Shown in pieces: positions 1 through 9,452 of a stretch of 34,660 nucleotides of DNA (within the stretch, counting starts at the first letter, position 1; each line of letters opens with the position of its first letter). The notes beneath the pieces were generated by a model. It was given only the letters and a program-made list of their open reading frames with translations, did not search any database and was not told the DNA's origin. Position numbers and translations under genes: made by a program. The stretch lies in the IMG/VR virus record IMGVR_UViG_3300017720_000026; one strand, given 5' to 3'. The DNA comes from a virus.

Positions 1-123
1 AAAGCAGAAACTGAATTAATTTCAGCCAATGTTTTTACTTTTGATGCTACTACTTCATGCCCACTTTCTAAACTATCTATTCGTTTATCTATTTCTCTAA
101 GTCTTTTTTCTACATCAGCTAAA
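1..123. repeat. Terminal direct repeat copy 1 (identical to 34538..34660); most likely circular-assembly overlap or terminal redundancy
   Basis: Bases 1..123 (aaagcagaaactgaattaatttc...catcagctaaa) recur exactly at 34538..34660. An ORF reads through the junction uninterrupted. Confidence 0.9.
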
Positions 124-233
124 GATTCTAGTATTGCTTTAATTTGCATTTTACCTACGGCTGCTGCACCAGCCACAGAAAAAATAATACCGCCTAACGT
201 AATTAAAAACTTTATGTCAACTGCGCCATCCAT
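1..233 (-). CDS. N-terminal part of a 111-aa membrane-anchored coiled-coil protein (ORF wraps to 34435..34537)
   Basis: Hand translation from ATG 233..231 (TAATG overlap with the stop of 233..757): MDGAVDIKFLITLGGIIFSVAGAAAVGKMQIKAILESLADVEKRLREIDKRIDSLESGHEVVASKVKTLAEINSVSAL... It has an N-terminal hydrophobic helix, then a charged heptad-like region. The frame is open to the window edge. Confidence 0.6.
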   Translation of the reverse strand, partial: MDGAVDIKFLITLGGIIFSVAGAAAVGKMQIKAILESLADVEKRLREIDKRIDSLESGHEVVASKVKTLAEINSVSA

Positions 234-757
234 TACTGAGACGCCTTAAGATGCAAAAGTAAAAACACTCCTCCAGCAATAAACCCAATTACAGCAATAC
301 CTTTTAAAATTTCTAATGCTGTTTTTACCCAAAAAGACTTTCCTTCTTCAGCTTTTCTTTGGGCCTCTTCACGTTTTTCACGTTGTTTCTTATGCTTTTC
401 AGCTATACGTTTAGATCGCTCTAGCTCAATCTTTTTAAATGTACCTTTGCCCCACTTATTATCTATTTCTCTTTCAAGACTTTTTAAGTTACGAGCAATT
501 TGTTCTTTTTCTAAAACATCAGCAGCTACGGAACCAAGAGAAGTATCATCATCAAAAGCATCGTCACCTTCCTTTGCTCGTATATTAATTATTTGTTGTG
601 TACGACTTTTGGGTTTACCTTTAGTTTCTGGTTTTTGGTCTGCTTCTTGTGCAGTAAAAAGATCATCTAAACCCTTTGCAATATCCTTAACGTGCTTTGC
701 GCTTTTTACTAACGTTCTCGTTGTGGCTATGGCAGTGGCTATAGTAACCGGGTCCAT
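233..757 (-). CDS. Tail-anchored membrane protein with a K/E-rich charged centre (function unknown)
   Basis: 174-aa ORF. Its start overlaps the upstream stop (TAATG at 757). C-terminal hydrophobic helix FWVKTALEILKGIAVIGFIAGGVFLLLHL. No family recognised. Confidence 0.6.
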   Translation of the reverse strand: MDPVTIATAIATTRTLVKSAKHVKDIAKGLDDLFTAQEADQKPETKGKPKSRTQQIINIRAKEGDDAFDDDTSLGSVAADVLEKEQIARNLKSLEREIDNKWGKGTFKKIELERSKRIAEKHKKQREKREEAQRKAEEGKSFWVKTALEILKGIAVIGFIAGGVFLLLHLKASQ

Positions 758-915
758 TAGTCCCTATCCATCCATTTTTTTACGGTTTCAGATTCCCAAA
801 TTCTAATAGATAACCACACAATAGTAAACACTGCCGCAATATCAGGAAGCAAAGAAAACCAACTTCCAAGCCCACCCGCTACAGCAGCGGCATCTATTAC
901 AGGTTTAACTTCCAT
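757..915 (-). CDS. 52-aa single-pass membrane protein (below ORF-track cutoff)
   Basis: Hand translation: MEVKPVIDAAAVAGGLGSWFSLLPDIAAVFTIVWLSIRIWESETVKKWMDRD. TAATG start/stop overlaps at both ends (915 and 757) fit the operon's coupling pattern. Confidence 0.5.
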   Translation of the reverse strand: MEVKPVIDAAAVAGGLGSWFSLLPDIAAVFTIVWLSIRIWESETVKKWMDRD

Positions 916-1472
916 TACGCTTCAGGCCAATCGTGGATCGGAGCGTTTCCGTTTTTAGGTACAATAAACAACGCCTTAAACGTATCAAGATCAGCAGCAT
1001 TAGTAATTGCTGTTTCTATGTCTAAACATTTAGAAATAACAGCCGCACGATAAGTTGCCACATTCGAATCAATAGCACGATCACGTTCTGCTTTGGCAAT
1101 CACTTGCCAATCAGTAGGAGCCAACAAAGAGTTTGCTGTTTCTTTTGTTTTAGTAATCCACTGTGATTTAAGACCCTTAGTTACAACTTCTTTACCGTCA
1201 ACCGTCTCTGTAACATCGTCTAGGTTTTTTGCCGTAGAGGTCCAAGAGCCTTCGTTGCTGTTGTAGGAAGAATAGTAAAAATTACTATCGGGTTGAGGTT
1301 CAACTTCACGGATAAACAAAGACTGGCCACCTTCGTCAAACAAAGGCTCATCCACTTTGGCATTATTGGTTTGACCGCCATCGGGTCTAAAAATAACTGC
1401 CAAAGAGTTAAATGACTTTCTTCCCTTGCCGTCAGCAACAATTGCATTACTTTCGTTTTTAATTACGTACAT
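915..1472 (-). CDS. Putative tail-fibre assembly/chaperone-like protein
   Basis: 185 aa. The C-terminal LLAPTDWQVIAKAERDRAIDSNVATYRAAV resembles the TDW...YR signature of phage tail-fibre assembly chaperone domains. It lies directly downstream of the fibre-like genes. Confidence 0.4.
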   Translation of the reverse strand: MYVIKNESNAIVADGKGRKSFNSLAVIFRPDGGQTNNAKVDEPLFDEGGQSLFIREVEPQPDSNFYYSSYNSNEGSWTSTAKNLDDVTETVDGKEVVTKGLKSQWITKTKETANSLLAPTDWQVIAKAERDRAIDSNVATYRAAVISKCLDIETAITNAADLDTFKALFIVPKNGNAPIHDWPEA

Positions 1473-1496
1473 TAATTTCTCCTAGTTTTCTAACTT

Positions 1497-2246
1497 TTAG
1501 CTAGTTGGCGTATCAGTTGATTGCGTAGCAGCATTGTTGTTGGTAAAATCGTTAGAATTTCCGCTGGCATCATCGCCTAGATCGCTGCCAGATGAAGCGA
1601 AGTTTAAATAAAAGCCATTTGATCCAAAAGTATTGGAGGTAGGATCAATCGGGGTCCAAGTGCCACCGTTATCCTCTGCAAAAGCTGTCGGTGCTAGACT
1701 TTGACCATCGCAGTATATGACCTCCGCCATCCGACCGTCAAAAGTATGCGCCGTTGATCCCGACCAACTAGCAATTCTCCAGCCAGTTGAGGTAAACACA
1801 TTGCCATTTTGGCTGGGATAACTAGCAGCATCAAAGCTGCTAATTTGCGAGCCGTCCAAATAAAGCCTAACGCGATTACTGGAGGTGCTTTGCGAGGTAT
1901 CTACGCGAACGACCAGATGTTGCCACGCGGTGGTCGAGGTAAACGTATTTGTAATTGTTATTTCAGTTCCGTTTCCGATAACTAACTTATTCGCACTGGT
2001 AAAGTATCCCTGGATTTGAACGGAGCCGCCGCTGCCGTGAGTAAATAATCGTAGGTTTGAACCCCCGACGCTGGCGCGTTTAAACCACATGCTTAACGTG
2101 CCAATGTCAGCATTGGTCGGCGTTCCAAAACCGCTGTCGGCAGACAAAAACTCGGCATCTGCTTTTACGAAGAGACCCGATTTATCCACTTCAAACGCGC
2201 CCCCCGTTCCGGCAGCGGCCATAAGCAAATTACGGAAGCCCGTCAT
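1497..2246 (-). CDS. Putative receptor-binding / tail appendage protein with a concanavalin-A-like (LamG) lectin domain
   Basis: Segments MWFKRASVGGSNLRLF...WQHLVVRVDTSQSTSSNRVRLYLDGSQ...FDGRMAEVIYCDGQSL are typical of LamG/ConA-like jelly rolls. I chose the start at ATG 2246 (TAATG overlap with the upstream stop) rather than the track's 2312. Confidence 0.55.
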   Translation of the reverse strand: MTGFRNLLMAAAGTGGAFEVDKSGLFVKADAEFLSADSGFGTPTNADIGTLSMWFKRASVGGSNLRLFTHGSGGSVQIQGYFTSANKLVIGNGTEITITNTFTSTTAWQHLVVRVDTSQSTSSNRVRLYLDGSQISSFDAASYPSQNGNVFTSTGWRIASWSGSTAHTFDGRMAEVIYCDGQSLAPTAFAEDNGGTWTPIDPTSNTFGSNGFYLNFASSGSDLGDDASGNSNDFTNNNAATQSTDTPTS

Positions 2247-2818
2247 TATTTCATGTCCAATCCAGCAGCAAACCCATACCAACGGGTTCCGGCATCTATC
2301 GATGTAAAACAAAGCACATCAACTCCAGAAGTCGTCAAAGTCGGGGCTGTTCCACCAGCAAAATCTACAGATGCTGGCCAATTAACTGTTTGACTTCCAC
2401 CGTTGGTTAGGTACAAAACAAAGCCACACTGTTCGTCACTGGCAGTAGGGTTGCTAAAGGTAAAAGTATTTGCGCCGGTATCAACTGTTGCACTAACTGA
2501 GTTGCCAGCCGTCAGGTCAATGTCTTGCGTACCGCCACCAGTAGCTCCTATAGCGTTGGTAACTTCGCCGTAGTCTTTAAGATTAAGACGAGAAACAATG
2601 TTGTCGTTAAAATTAGTTGCCTCATCGTTTTTAACCGTAGCTGCATCAAACTGTTGAAGAGTTACACCTAAATCATCTGAGTCGTATTTAGTATTAACCG
2701 CTGTTCGTACAGCAGAAAACTCTGTGTTAAAATCTCCACCAGAAATAATTTTGTTTGCATCAGAATCAGCCAGAGCATCTTTACCGGACCAGCTAACTTG
2801 AATTGTATAATCGCTCAT
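2246..2818 (-). CDS. Putative tail fibre / tail appendage protein
   Basis: 190 aa. The N-terminus MSDYTIQVSWSGKDALADSDANKIISGGDFNTEFSAVRTAVNTKYD resembles conserved N-termini of podovirus fibre-like proteins. It sits just upstream of the LamG and chaperone-like genes. Confidence 0.4.
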   Translation of the reverse strand: MSDYTIQVSWSGKDALADSDANKIISGGDFNTEFSAVRTAVNTKYDSDDLGVTLQQFDAATVKNDEATNFNDNIVSRLNLKDYGEVTNAIGATGGGTQDIDLTAGNSVSATVDTGANTFTFSNPTASDEQCGFVLYLTNGGSQTVNWPASVDFAGGTAPTLTTSGVDVLCFTSIDAGTRWYGFAAGLDMK

Positions 2819-2822
2819 TTAT

Positions 2823-3020
2823 TTAACTCCTTGAAGAATATCGGGCTATCCCGTAAAGTGATTTTTCGCTACCGTATAATGCTGCATCTCCTGAATCAAA
2901 AGGAGAGCGTTCCTCTTGTCTTTGATTTGATAGTTTCATAAACAACTGTTGCCTATCCCACTTTGGCGTAGGGGGCTTAGGAAAAGGTTTAAATAAAGGT
3001 TTAGTTCTTCCTCTTGGCAT
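2823..3020 (-). CDS. Small basic Pro/Lys-rich protein (65 aa)
   Basis: ORF-track protein MPRGRTKPLFKPFPKPPTPKW..., with GAGG upstream of the ATG. Confidence 0.45.
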   Translation of the reverse strand: MPRGRTKPLFKPFPKPPTPKWDRQQLFMKLSNQRQEERSPFDSGDAALYGSEKSLYGIARYSSRS

Positions 3021-3022
3021 AA

Positions 3023-3142
3023 TTAACCTCTAAGCCTTTCTCCTGCCCAACGAGCTAAATTTTTCTTTTTCTTTTCTTCTGTCATTTTTTTCTTTTTCTT
3101 TTTGACAAATTTTCCGGCAACTCTGTTCTTTACTGGTTTCAT
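3023..3142 (-). CDS. 39-aa poly-lysine mini-protein (below ORF-track cutoff)
   Basis: Hand translation: MKPVKNRVAGKFVKKKKKKMTEEKKKKNLARWAGERLRG. ATG 3142..3140 overlaps the stop of 3139..3714 (ATGA). Confidence 0.4.
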   Translation of the reverse strand: MKPVKNRVAGKFVKKKKKKMTEEKKKKNLARWAGERLRG

Positions 3143-3714
3143 AATACCACACCATATTCCTTGTTTCGTTCACGAACTAACGCAAGTAGTTTTTCTCTTT
3201 CTTTTTCCCATACAGCACTTAACTGCTCAGTACGAACTTTAGGATTATCCGTTGCCACTCTTTTAATGCGACCTGTAGGTGTCGGAACGGAAACCTCTGT
3301 AATTCTTGGTTTTTTTCTTTTATCGGAAGGAGTAAACAATCCCCCTTGTGCAGCCTTAATATTTGCGGTTTTAGGAGCGGGTCTTCCCTCGGAAACTTCC
3401 TTAGCTTTACTTCCTTTTTGAACGTCATGCTTTTCGTAGTCCTTTTCCTTAACTTCGTCAAGCTCTTCGTTCTCGTGCATAAGTAAATCTATTAAACTCT
3501 GTAGGTCTTCTGCCTCTTCATCAAACCCGTCCCCTTTAAATTCTAGTTCGTTTTCCTCTAAAAAACTAGCTATTTGTTCTTCAGTAGCTCCGGGGTTTGA
3601 CTGTTTAAATGACTTAAGAAGAAGCTCTCTATACAGTCGGGCTATTTTATTTTTAATACGTTCAAGCTCTAGATTATAACTTGTATCCGATAAAGCATCT
3701 TCTAAAGTAATCAT
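3139..3714 (-). CDS. Hypothetical protein (acidic N-half, basic C-half)
   Basis: 191-aa ORF immediately downstream of the capsid gene. No family recognised. Confidence 0.6.
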   Translation of the reverse strand: MITLEDALSDTSYNLELERIKNKIARLYRELLLKSFKQSNPGATEEQIASFLEENELEFKGDGFDEEAEDLQSLIDLLMHENEELDEVKEKDYEKHDVQKGSKAKEVSEGRPAPKTANIKAAQGGLFTPSDKRKKPRITEVSVPTPTGRIKRVATDNPKVRTEQLSAVWEKEREKLLALVRERNKEYGVVL

Positions 3715-3738
3715 AACTTAGCCCCTTGTTGTAGTAGT

Positions 3739-3765
3739 GGGAGGCCCCTTAAACCAGAGCCTCCC
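3739..3765 (-). terminator. GC-rich stem-loop immediately downstream of the major capsid gene
   Basis: gggaggc (3739..3745) pairs with gcctccc (3759..3765) around a 13-nt loop. There is no U-tract, so this may be a partial terminator or an mRNA stabiliser. Confidence 0.3.
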
Positions 3766-3774
3766 TTTAACTAC

Positions 3775-4698
3775 TTAGGTAGCAGGAACAACAAACGCTA
3801 CACCAGCATCGTCGCGGAGTTCCGCAACGCCATAAAGCGTATCGGCAGTGAACAGATCACCAAGATACTCTTGCTTGTATTGCGTCTGAGACCGAACACC
3901 CATTTGCTCCGCAAAGCAAAGGGCATCCTTGTGCATCATAACACCGACACGTTGGGCATCGGAGTTAATGGACGGGCAGTTTGAAGAAACATAAACGTCC
4001 ATTCCATAGATGCTACCGATTTTTCCGGTCTTGATAGCTTCGCCATTACCGATAAACTGTTGTTCAGTAAAACGGTTAATAGCCAACATATCATTAGCGG
4101 CAATCGGAGGAATAACCATAAAGCGATTATCCGAAGGAATATCAGCGTTGTCAAGTTTTAGGATCATAGCCCTAATACCTGCATCCGTAATATCCGTAGC
4201 GTTTGTGGAGTTACCCGTGTATAGAGTTGTACCATTGCCGCCAATGACAGCTTTTTCGTACAACGCCGCACCAGTACCTCCTACCGTACCACCCTGAAGA
4301 GCTTCTGTAAGCGTAAACAGATCGGTATCTACTTGTGTAGCCAAAGCATAACCAGCATCGTCAGTGTAGAACCGACGAAGAGACTGAAGAGCTTGAACTT
4401 CCGTGATGTCTTCCATGAGTACAGAATACTCATAGTGTTTGTTAATGCTGACCTGCACTTCACTGTGAGTATCGCCCTGAAGCGTTACTTGAGTGTTTGC
4501 AGCTTTAACAGCAGCGGAACCACGAACAGGCTTAGGAATGTGAATAGTATCCCCCTTTTTTCCTGAGTGATTAATTTTAGTGACAAGACCACCAAGCACA
4601 AGATTTTTCTTGTACCCAGCAATTACTTCATCGGACCACAACTCAGGTATAAAAGTTGCCCCTGTCGTGATCGTCTGATGACCAGTACCCAAAGCCAT
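3775..4698 (-). CDS. Major capsid protein (HK97-fold-like)
   Basis: 307 aa. Strong AAGGAG RBS. Positioned after portal and scaffold. The N-terminal ...TFIPELWSDEVIAGYKKNLVLGGLV...GDTIHIPK pattern is typical of HK97-like capsid proteins. Confidence 0.8.
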   Translation of the reverse strand: MALGTGHQTITTGATFIPELWSDEVIAGYKKNLVLGGLVTKINHSGKKGDTIHIPKPVRGSAAVKAANTQVTLQGDTHSEVQVSINKHYEYSVLMEDITEVQALQSLRRFYTDDAGYALATQVDTDLFTLTEALQGGTVGGTGAALYEKAVIGGNGTTLYTGNSTNATDITDAGIRAMILKLDNADIPSDNRFMVIPPIAANDMLAINRFTEQQFIGNGEAIKTGKIGSIYGMDVYVSSNCPSINSDAQRVGVMMHKDALCFAEQMGVRSQTQYKQEYLGDLFTADTLYGVAELRDDAGVAFVVPAT

Positions 4699-4721
4699 AA
4701 TTAGCTCCTTTCTTTATAAAA

Positions 4722-5513
4722 TTATTTGACTCGACCCTCTGCGTATGCTGCAAGTATTTCATCCTGCAAAGTTTCGTAACGCTCAGGATCATTTGTTTTA
4801 AGTCTGATTAGATCAGCCCTACGGTAGATTTTTTTACCGGATGTAGATTCTGAAGAAGTCCTAGATACGCCTTTTCCTGCCTTCATGGCTTGTTCTCGTT
4901 CAGCAGCTTTGTTTGCTTCGGCTTCGCTTGTGTTACTAATTAAGGCTCGTTCTTTCCAGTTACCTATAAGTTCCAAAGCGGAGTCTAAGTTATAGTTGTG
5001 TGCTGCTACAAATAGCTGCTTACGTATCGGGCTTCCTTGAACCCACTCCTGAAACTTGGAATCTCCTACGATTTCAAGATAATCAGGATGTGCCTCTTTC
5101 AGTCGTTGAGTTGTAGCTTGAACATGCTGTGTTTTTTGCTGCTCTTCAAACTGACGGAACTTTGGATGATTTTCAATGGCTTTACTGACGGCTTTGTCAG
5201 GATCATCAAAAAAATCTAAATCCTCTTCTGGCTCTTCTGTTCCGTTTTGACTAGTGGTAACTTGTTGTTGAAGAATACCGTCCGTAAGTTTACGAAGCTC
5301 GCCTAGTTCTTGTCCCTTCCTTCCAAGTTCTCTTTCCAAGTTTTCGTAGGAAGAAACAATGTCTTCCATCGACTTGTTCTTAAACTTGTCAGGCAAGTCC
5401 ACTTGCGGTTCTTCCTGAGGTTGTTCCACTTGGGGAGCCTCTTCGATGTTCGCATACTCTGCGCCTTCTTCTAGTTCAACTTCTTGTTCTGCTTCTACAA
5501 CAACACTATCCAT
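4722..5513 (-). CDS. Scaffolding protein
   Basis: 263 aa, very acidic and helical (EAEQEVELEE...), located between portal and capsid. GGAGGT RBS. Confidence 0.65.
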   Translation of the reverse strand: MDSVVVEAEQEVELEEGAEYANIEEAPQVEQPQEEPQVDLPDKFKNKSMEDIVSSYENLERELGRKGQELGELRKLTDGILQQQVTTSQNGTEEPEEDLDFFDDPDKAVSKAIENHPKFRQFEEQQKTQHVQATTQRLKEAHPDYLEIVGDSKFQEWVQGSPIRKQLFVAAHNYNLDSALELIGNWKERALISNTSEAEANKAAEREQAMKAGKGVSRTSSESTSGKKIYRRADLIRLKTNDPERYETLQDEILAAYAEGRVK

Positions 5514-5564
5514 AGTACTAACCTCCGTCCTGTATAAAGATTATGGAGTTAAAATATGTTGGGA

Positions 5565-5795
5565 TTAAAGGTCTAACTCTAATTGATCCAACGCTAGTTT
5601 GGTAGTCTCCTCTAAATTAATAAACATATTTAGCATATCTACCTGCCCTTTCCGTAGAAAAAGCGTCTTCTCGTCTTCTATCGTCTGTATGTTTTCTAGT
5701 GATTCAGCCATGTCCTCTAACTCTTTTATAAAAATAGTCCAGGCATCGCTATTAAACAAGTCAAGACGTTTTTCAAGAATTTCTCTGTCAGTCAT
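5565..5795 (-). CDS. Hypothetical protein (76 aa, acidic)
   Basis: ORF-track protein. The ATG overlaps the portal stop (TAATG at 5795). Confidence 0.55.
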   Translation of the reverse strand: MTDREILEKRLDLFNSDAWTIFIKELEDMAESLENIQTIEDEKTLFLRKGQVDMLNMFINLEETTKLALDQLELDL

Positions 5796-7744
5796 TATCT
5801 ACCCGTTTCGGCTGCTTTAGCTAAATTAAGAATAGTTTCGGACTGCAAGTGTTCTACTTCTGGCATATTCCTCATTGTTTCTGACTGAACATTCTGTGCA
5901 TCTATTTTAAGTTTTTCAATACGTGCCATTTTTTCTGCAAGATCAACCTGTACTTTAGCCATAGCGGACTCAGAGTTTTTGTCCTGGGCATCGGACTGTA
6001 GCTTGGCTGCGTGGGCCATGTCCTTCATTGCTCCGGCTTTCATTTCCTCAATTTCCATTTGCAGTTTCATAAGCTCAAGCTGTTGTACCATCTGTTGCAT
6101 TTGTTGTGCCTGAGGGTTTGGCTGTAGGGATTGAGCAATAGCGGCCTTCATTTGATCCCTGTTGGACATTGAGCTATTTTCAAAAATGGACATAAGCAAC
6201 ATAGCATGAGGAGGAGTACCTGGTTGTGTCATTGACATCAACTGGATCATCTGGGTCATCTCCAGTTCCTTGGCCATAATACCCATAGAAGAGTAAGCCT
6301 TAAACTTATAGTCTCCTGCCGGATAACGATCAGGAGAAAACTGAATATAACGAAAGGCAGACTTTTCAATTAAGGGAATTAAAAAGTTTTCTTGGAAGTT
6401 CATAATAGTACGCTTCTGTCGTTTAATGGAAGCGGCCTGTATCATGGACATTCCAGAAGCAGTAGAGTTCCTAGGGTTTGAGAAGTTACTATTGGCACTA
6501 TCCATTGCTCCAGTACCCATTTGAACCATACGTTCTAATTCACCAGCCTCAGTAAAGGTTGTATTAGAGACGTTTCCAAAGTTTAAGGGGAACAAGGTTG
6601 ACCGGGGATCACCGTTTGTAAGAATTGTCTTACCGGCTTTGACCTCGAACTTGACACCCCTAGGGAGACGAGTAGCGTCCACACCAAGCATCGGGTGTGT
6701 CGTAAGGGCAAGAGCGTCAATCCTAGCGCGTAGCTCTGCGTCAAGAGCTTTCTGAGGATTGTAACCTTTCTCTGCCACCCCTCGTCCCCAAAACTTGTTG
6801 GGAACACGATCAAGTTGAAAAGCCACAAAGGGACGATCTTCCATTAAGTATGGGTTTTCTGCGGCCTTAAGTACAATGTGGTCATTAGCAATAACGACAA
6901 CTGATTCTACAAGTTCATCATCTTCGTAGTCAAACTCTTCTTCCATAGAGTTGCTACGATCATTTAAGTATTTTTTAGGAACCTGTCCCCAGTACTCTAC
7001 AATTTTGACTTTATCTTCGCTACCCAAGTCGTTACTGTATTCTTCGTCGTAGCCCAAGTCCATTTTATCATAGTCACCAAGCGGTTTATCTTCGTAAACA
7101 CCTTCCTTCATTCCTTCCATAATTTCCCATTTGGGTTTAATAACTACCTGAGCAACGCCCAAGGCTTCATCAATTGAAGTAACACAGGGATCAATTACAA
7201 ACTCTTTTGGAGTTAGTGAGTCTATTTTAACTGACGTAATAACTTTTTCTTGAACTGCTACATCTGTCGTAAGAGTTCCAGGGATACCTGCTTCAACTGG
7301 AATTTTTTCAATTTCGTCCATTACGTTTATCTTTGCAATGCCCGTACCATAAATAGCAGCGTTAAGCAAAGACTCAACAATGGGATCTTTAACTTTACAC
7401 CGTTGCATATCTTCTTGGAGTATTGTACGCATTACTGCAATGTCCGTAGGATTTTGATCCATTACGTCATCACGTATGTCAAACCACATATCTCTACCAA
7501 AGATAGCTTCTTCAAGCTCTGCTACGGTAGACTCAATGGCCTGTTGTGTTGCGGGAGAAATTAGTTTGGAGTTTTCTGACTCTCTTGTTTTATCTTCGTA
7601 GGACCAGATACCACGCCAAATGCGATAGTACTCATCCCATTTTTCCATATAATTAGTATTACGGTGGTCTTCCCACTCTTCGACCTTGTTCATTACCCAT
7701 GACGCTAGGGATGCCTGAGGGTCTCTGTACGTCAGTTCGTCCAT
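5795..7744 (-). CDS. Portal (head-tail connector) protein
   Basis: 649 aa, immediately downstream of large terminase. The N-terminal W/Y-rich region (EKWDEYYRIWRGIW) and Q/M-rich C-terminal coil are typical of T7-like portals. Confidence 0.8.
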   Translation of the reverse strand: MDELTYRDPQASLASWVMNKVEEWEDHRNTNYMEKWDEYYRIWRGIWSYEDKTRESENSKLISPATQQAIESTVAELEEAIFGRDMWFDIRDDVMDQNPTDIAVMRTILQEDMQRCKVKDPIVESLLNAAIYGTGIAKINVMDEIEKIPVEAGIPGTLTTDVAVQEKVITSVKIDSLTPKEFVIDPCVTSIDEALGVAQVVIKPKWEIMEGMKEGVYEDKPLGDYDKMDLGYDEEYSNDLGSEDKVKIVEYWGQVPKKYLNDRSNSMEEEFDYEDDELVESVVVIANDHIVLKAAENPYLMEDRPFVAFQLDRVPNKFWGRGVAEKGYNPQKALDAELRARIDALALTTHPMLGVDATRLPRGVKFEVKAGKTILTNGDPRSTLFPLNFGNVSNTTFTEAGELERMVQMGTGAMDSANSNFSNPRNSTASGMSMIQAASIKRQKRTIMNFQENFLIPLIEKSAFRYIQFSPDRYPAGDYKFKAYSSMGIMAKELEMTQMIQLMSMTQPGTPPHAMLLMSIFENSSMSNRDQMKAAIAQSLQPNPQAQQMQQMVQQLELMKLQMEIEEMKAGAMKDMAHAAKLQSDAQDKNSESAMAKVQVDLAEKMARIEKLKIDAQNVQSETMRNMPEVEHLQSETILNLAKAAETGR

Positions 7745-7747
7745 AAA

Positions 7748-9028
7748 TTAATACCCCGATACCGTATCTAGTGGTTCCCACTCGTCTATTTCTATTGAAC
7801 TTGCATAGTCAGCTACAGAAACTTGGTCTATGTATGCCAAAGAATCCAGTAAGTCATCGTGGGATAGAGGACTTGGAAAGTCTAGCATTTGAGAAATAAA
7901 CTCATGGTTCCAATCTGCCTTACGAAATTTAATTTTACCGTGTTCCATTCGACCCTGTAAGGCCCAGACTATTCTGTCTTGTTTTCTTTTACCGCCGTGA
8001 GTTACGTCCGTTATGTTTATCCACCTTCCCCTTACTCTCATTTCGTCTTCGATGTAGGGCATGATAGCATTCTTTAACGCACCCGATTCAATTCCTACTG
8101 TAGTGGCGTTGACATCCTCAGAAACATCAATAATCTTTTCCGCAGTTTCTTTAATGTTCCAACGTCCGTGGTGTATATCCTTAACTAACCACTCGTCTCC
8201 TACAATCTTAACTACAGATATTGCCGTTTCGTCTAGCTTAGAAGATTTAAGACCTCTGCCCTTATCTGCTTTTTCAAAACCAGCAGGGTCTACTGATACT
8301 ACGTAATGACCTACTTTAGAAGAAACTTCTTCATCAAACTCTTCATCTTCTTCATACTTAACCCACTCTTCTTGAAACACCCCTCCAGAAAAACTTTCAA
8401 ATGTTGCTTCAAACTCTTGTCGAAAAGCCTGTGTAGACATGGATTTCTGTGCGGCGTCAATTTCGGTTGGGTCCAAAAAAGGATTATCTGTTGAAACAAA
8501 CTGATAAGACTCCCAATCCTCTGCGTTTTCCGGTAACTGTGCCTCTAACCATAACTTATGAAAGTGGTTCTTTCCTGCCGGAGTTCCTATAAATAAAGCA
8601 CCACCCTTAACATCTGCTAGTGTAGGCCTTAGGATCATCTCCCATACTTCTGGCTTCATAGAGGCATACTCGTCCATGACGACATATGCAAGCCCTACGC
8701 CCCTTAGAGTATCTGGTCTATCGGACCCTTTTAGATATATCTTTCTATCGTTTACTAGAGTAACTGTTGCAGTATTCTCATGTGTGCTTTTGATTACATT
8801 CTGACCTACGTCCTTAAGGATAGACCAGAGAATATCTTTAGCTTGTTGAAACGTAGGTGCTACATAGAATACGTCCTTGTCTGGACTCTGTAGTGCCTTA
8901 ATAATTAATACCCACGCCGCTAAGTAACTTTTACCAAACCGTCTACCGCAACTGGCTACTTTAAATCTTTTGTCGGACTTAAAGATTTGCATTTGAGCAT
9001 CGTGAAGAGTAACTTTTAAGTCAGTCAT
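7748..9028 (-). CDS. terL: Terminase large subunit
   Basis: Walker A SCGRRFGKS, Walker B LAYVVMDEYA, and a C-terminal nuclease-like VVSVDPAG...D motif. 426 aa. Confidence 0.9.
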   Translation of the reverse strand: MTDLKVTLHDAQMQIFKSDKRFKVASCGRRFGKSYLAAWVLIIKALQSPDKDVFYVAPTFQQAKDILWSILKDVGQNVIKSTHENTATVTLVNDRKIYLKGSDRPDTLRGVGLAYVVMDEYASMKPEVWEMILRPTLADVKGGALFIGTPAGKNHFHKLWLEAQLPENAEDWESYQFVSTDNPFLDPTEIDAAQKSMSTQAFRQEFEATFESFSGGVFQEEWVKYEEDEEFDEEVSSKVGHYVVSVDPAGFEKADKGRGLKSSKLDETAISVVKIVGDEWLVKDIHHGRWNIKETAEKIIDVSEDVNATTVGIESGALKNAIMPYIEDEMRVRGRWINITDVTHGGKRKQDRIVWALQGRMEHGKIKFRKADWNHEFISQMLDFPSPLSHDDLLDSLAYIDQVSVADYASSIEIDEWEPLDTVSGY

Positions 9029-9413
9029 TCTTGTCTACTTCTTGAAACTCTGCTTCAAATACTTCCTGTTCCTTGGCTTCTCTTGCCTCTACTGCTTTGA
9101 CACCTTCAATAATAATATTAACGCCAAGGTCCTGATGTTCGTGTGTTATTTCTACTGCTTTGGAGGTAGGGATAATTCTATCCATGCACATCTTAAGACA
9201 GTGCCTATCTCCCTCTAGTGCTAGTTCTATAACCTTACTGACAATCTCCGGTCCCTTAGTGGACATAAGTTCTCTGGAGAGTTTAGTATATTTGTTAAGT
9301 GATCCCTTTGGTCTTCCTGTTGGATTTAACGCTGGCATCCCCTTGTGAAAGTTTGGGTTGCCTCTCTTCTTTTTTACAACGGGGGGCTGTTGCTCTTCTT
9401 CTGTTTCTGACAT
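9021..9413 (-). CDS. terS: Terminase small subunit (putative)
   Basis: 130 aa, directly upstream of terL and overlapping it by 8 nt. The basic GNPNF...NPTGRPKGS motif is common in small terminases of marine podoviruses. Confidence 0.6.
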   Translation of the reverse strand: MSETEEEQQPPVVKKKRGNPNFHKGMPALNPTGRPKGSLNKYTKLSRELMSTKGPEIVSKVIELALEGDRHCLKMCMDRIIPTSKAVEITHEHQDLGVNIIIEGVKAVEAREAKEQEVFEAEFQEVDKND

Positions 9414-9452
9414 TCCTTGCTCCTGACTTTTTCCTACTGCGTAGGGAGGCAG

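Noticed and set aside
1-123. The terminal repeat as a genuine T7-like direct terminal repeat marking the physical genome ends.
   Set aside because: It falls in the middle of an intact ORF, has no flanking non-coding sequence, and has a length typical of assembly overlap. The true ends cannot be inferred from sequence alone.
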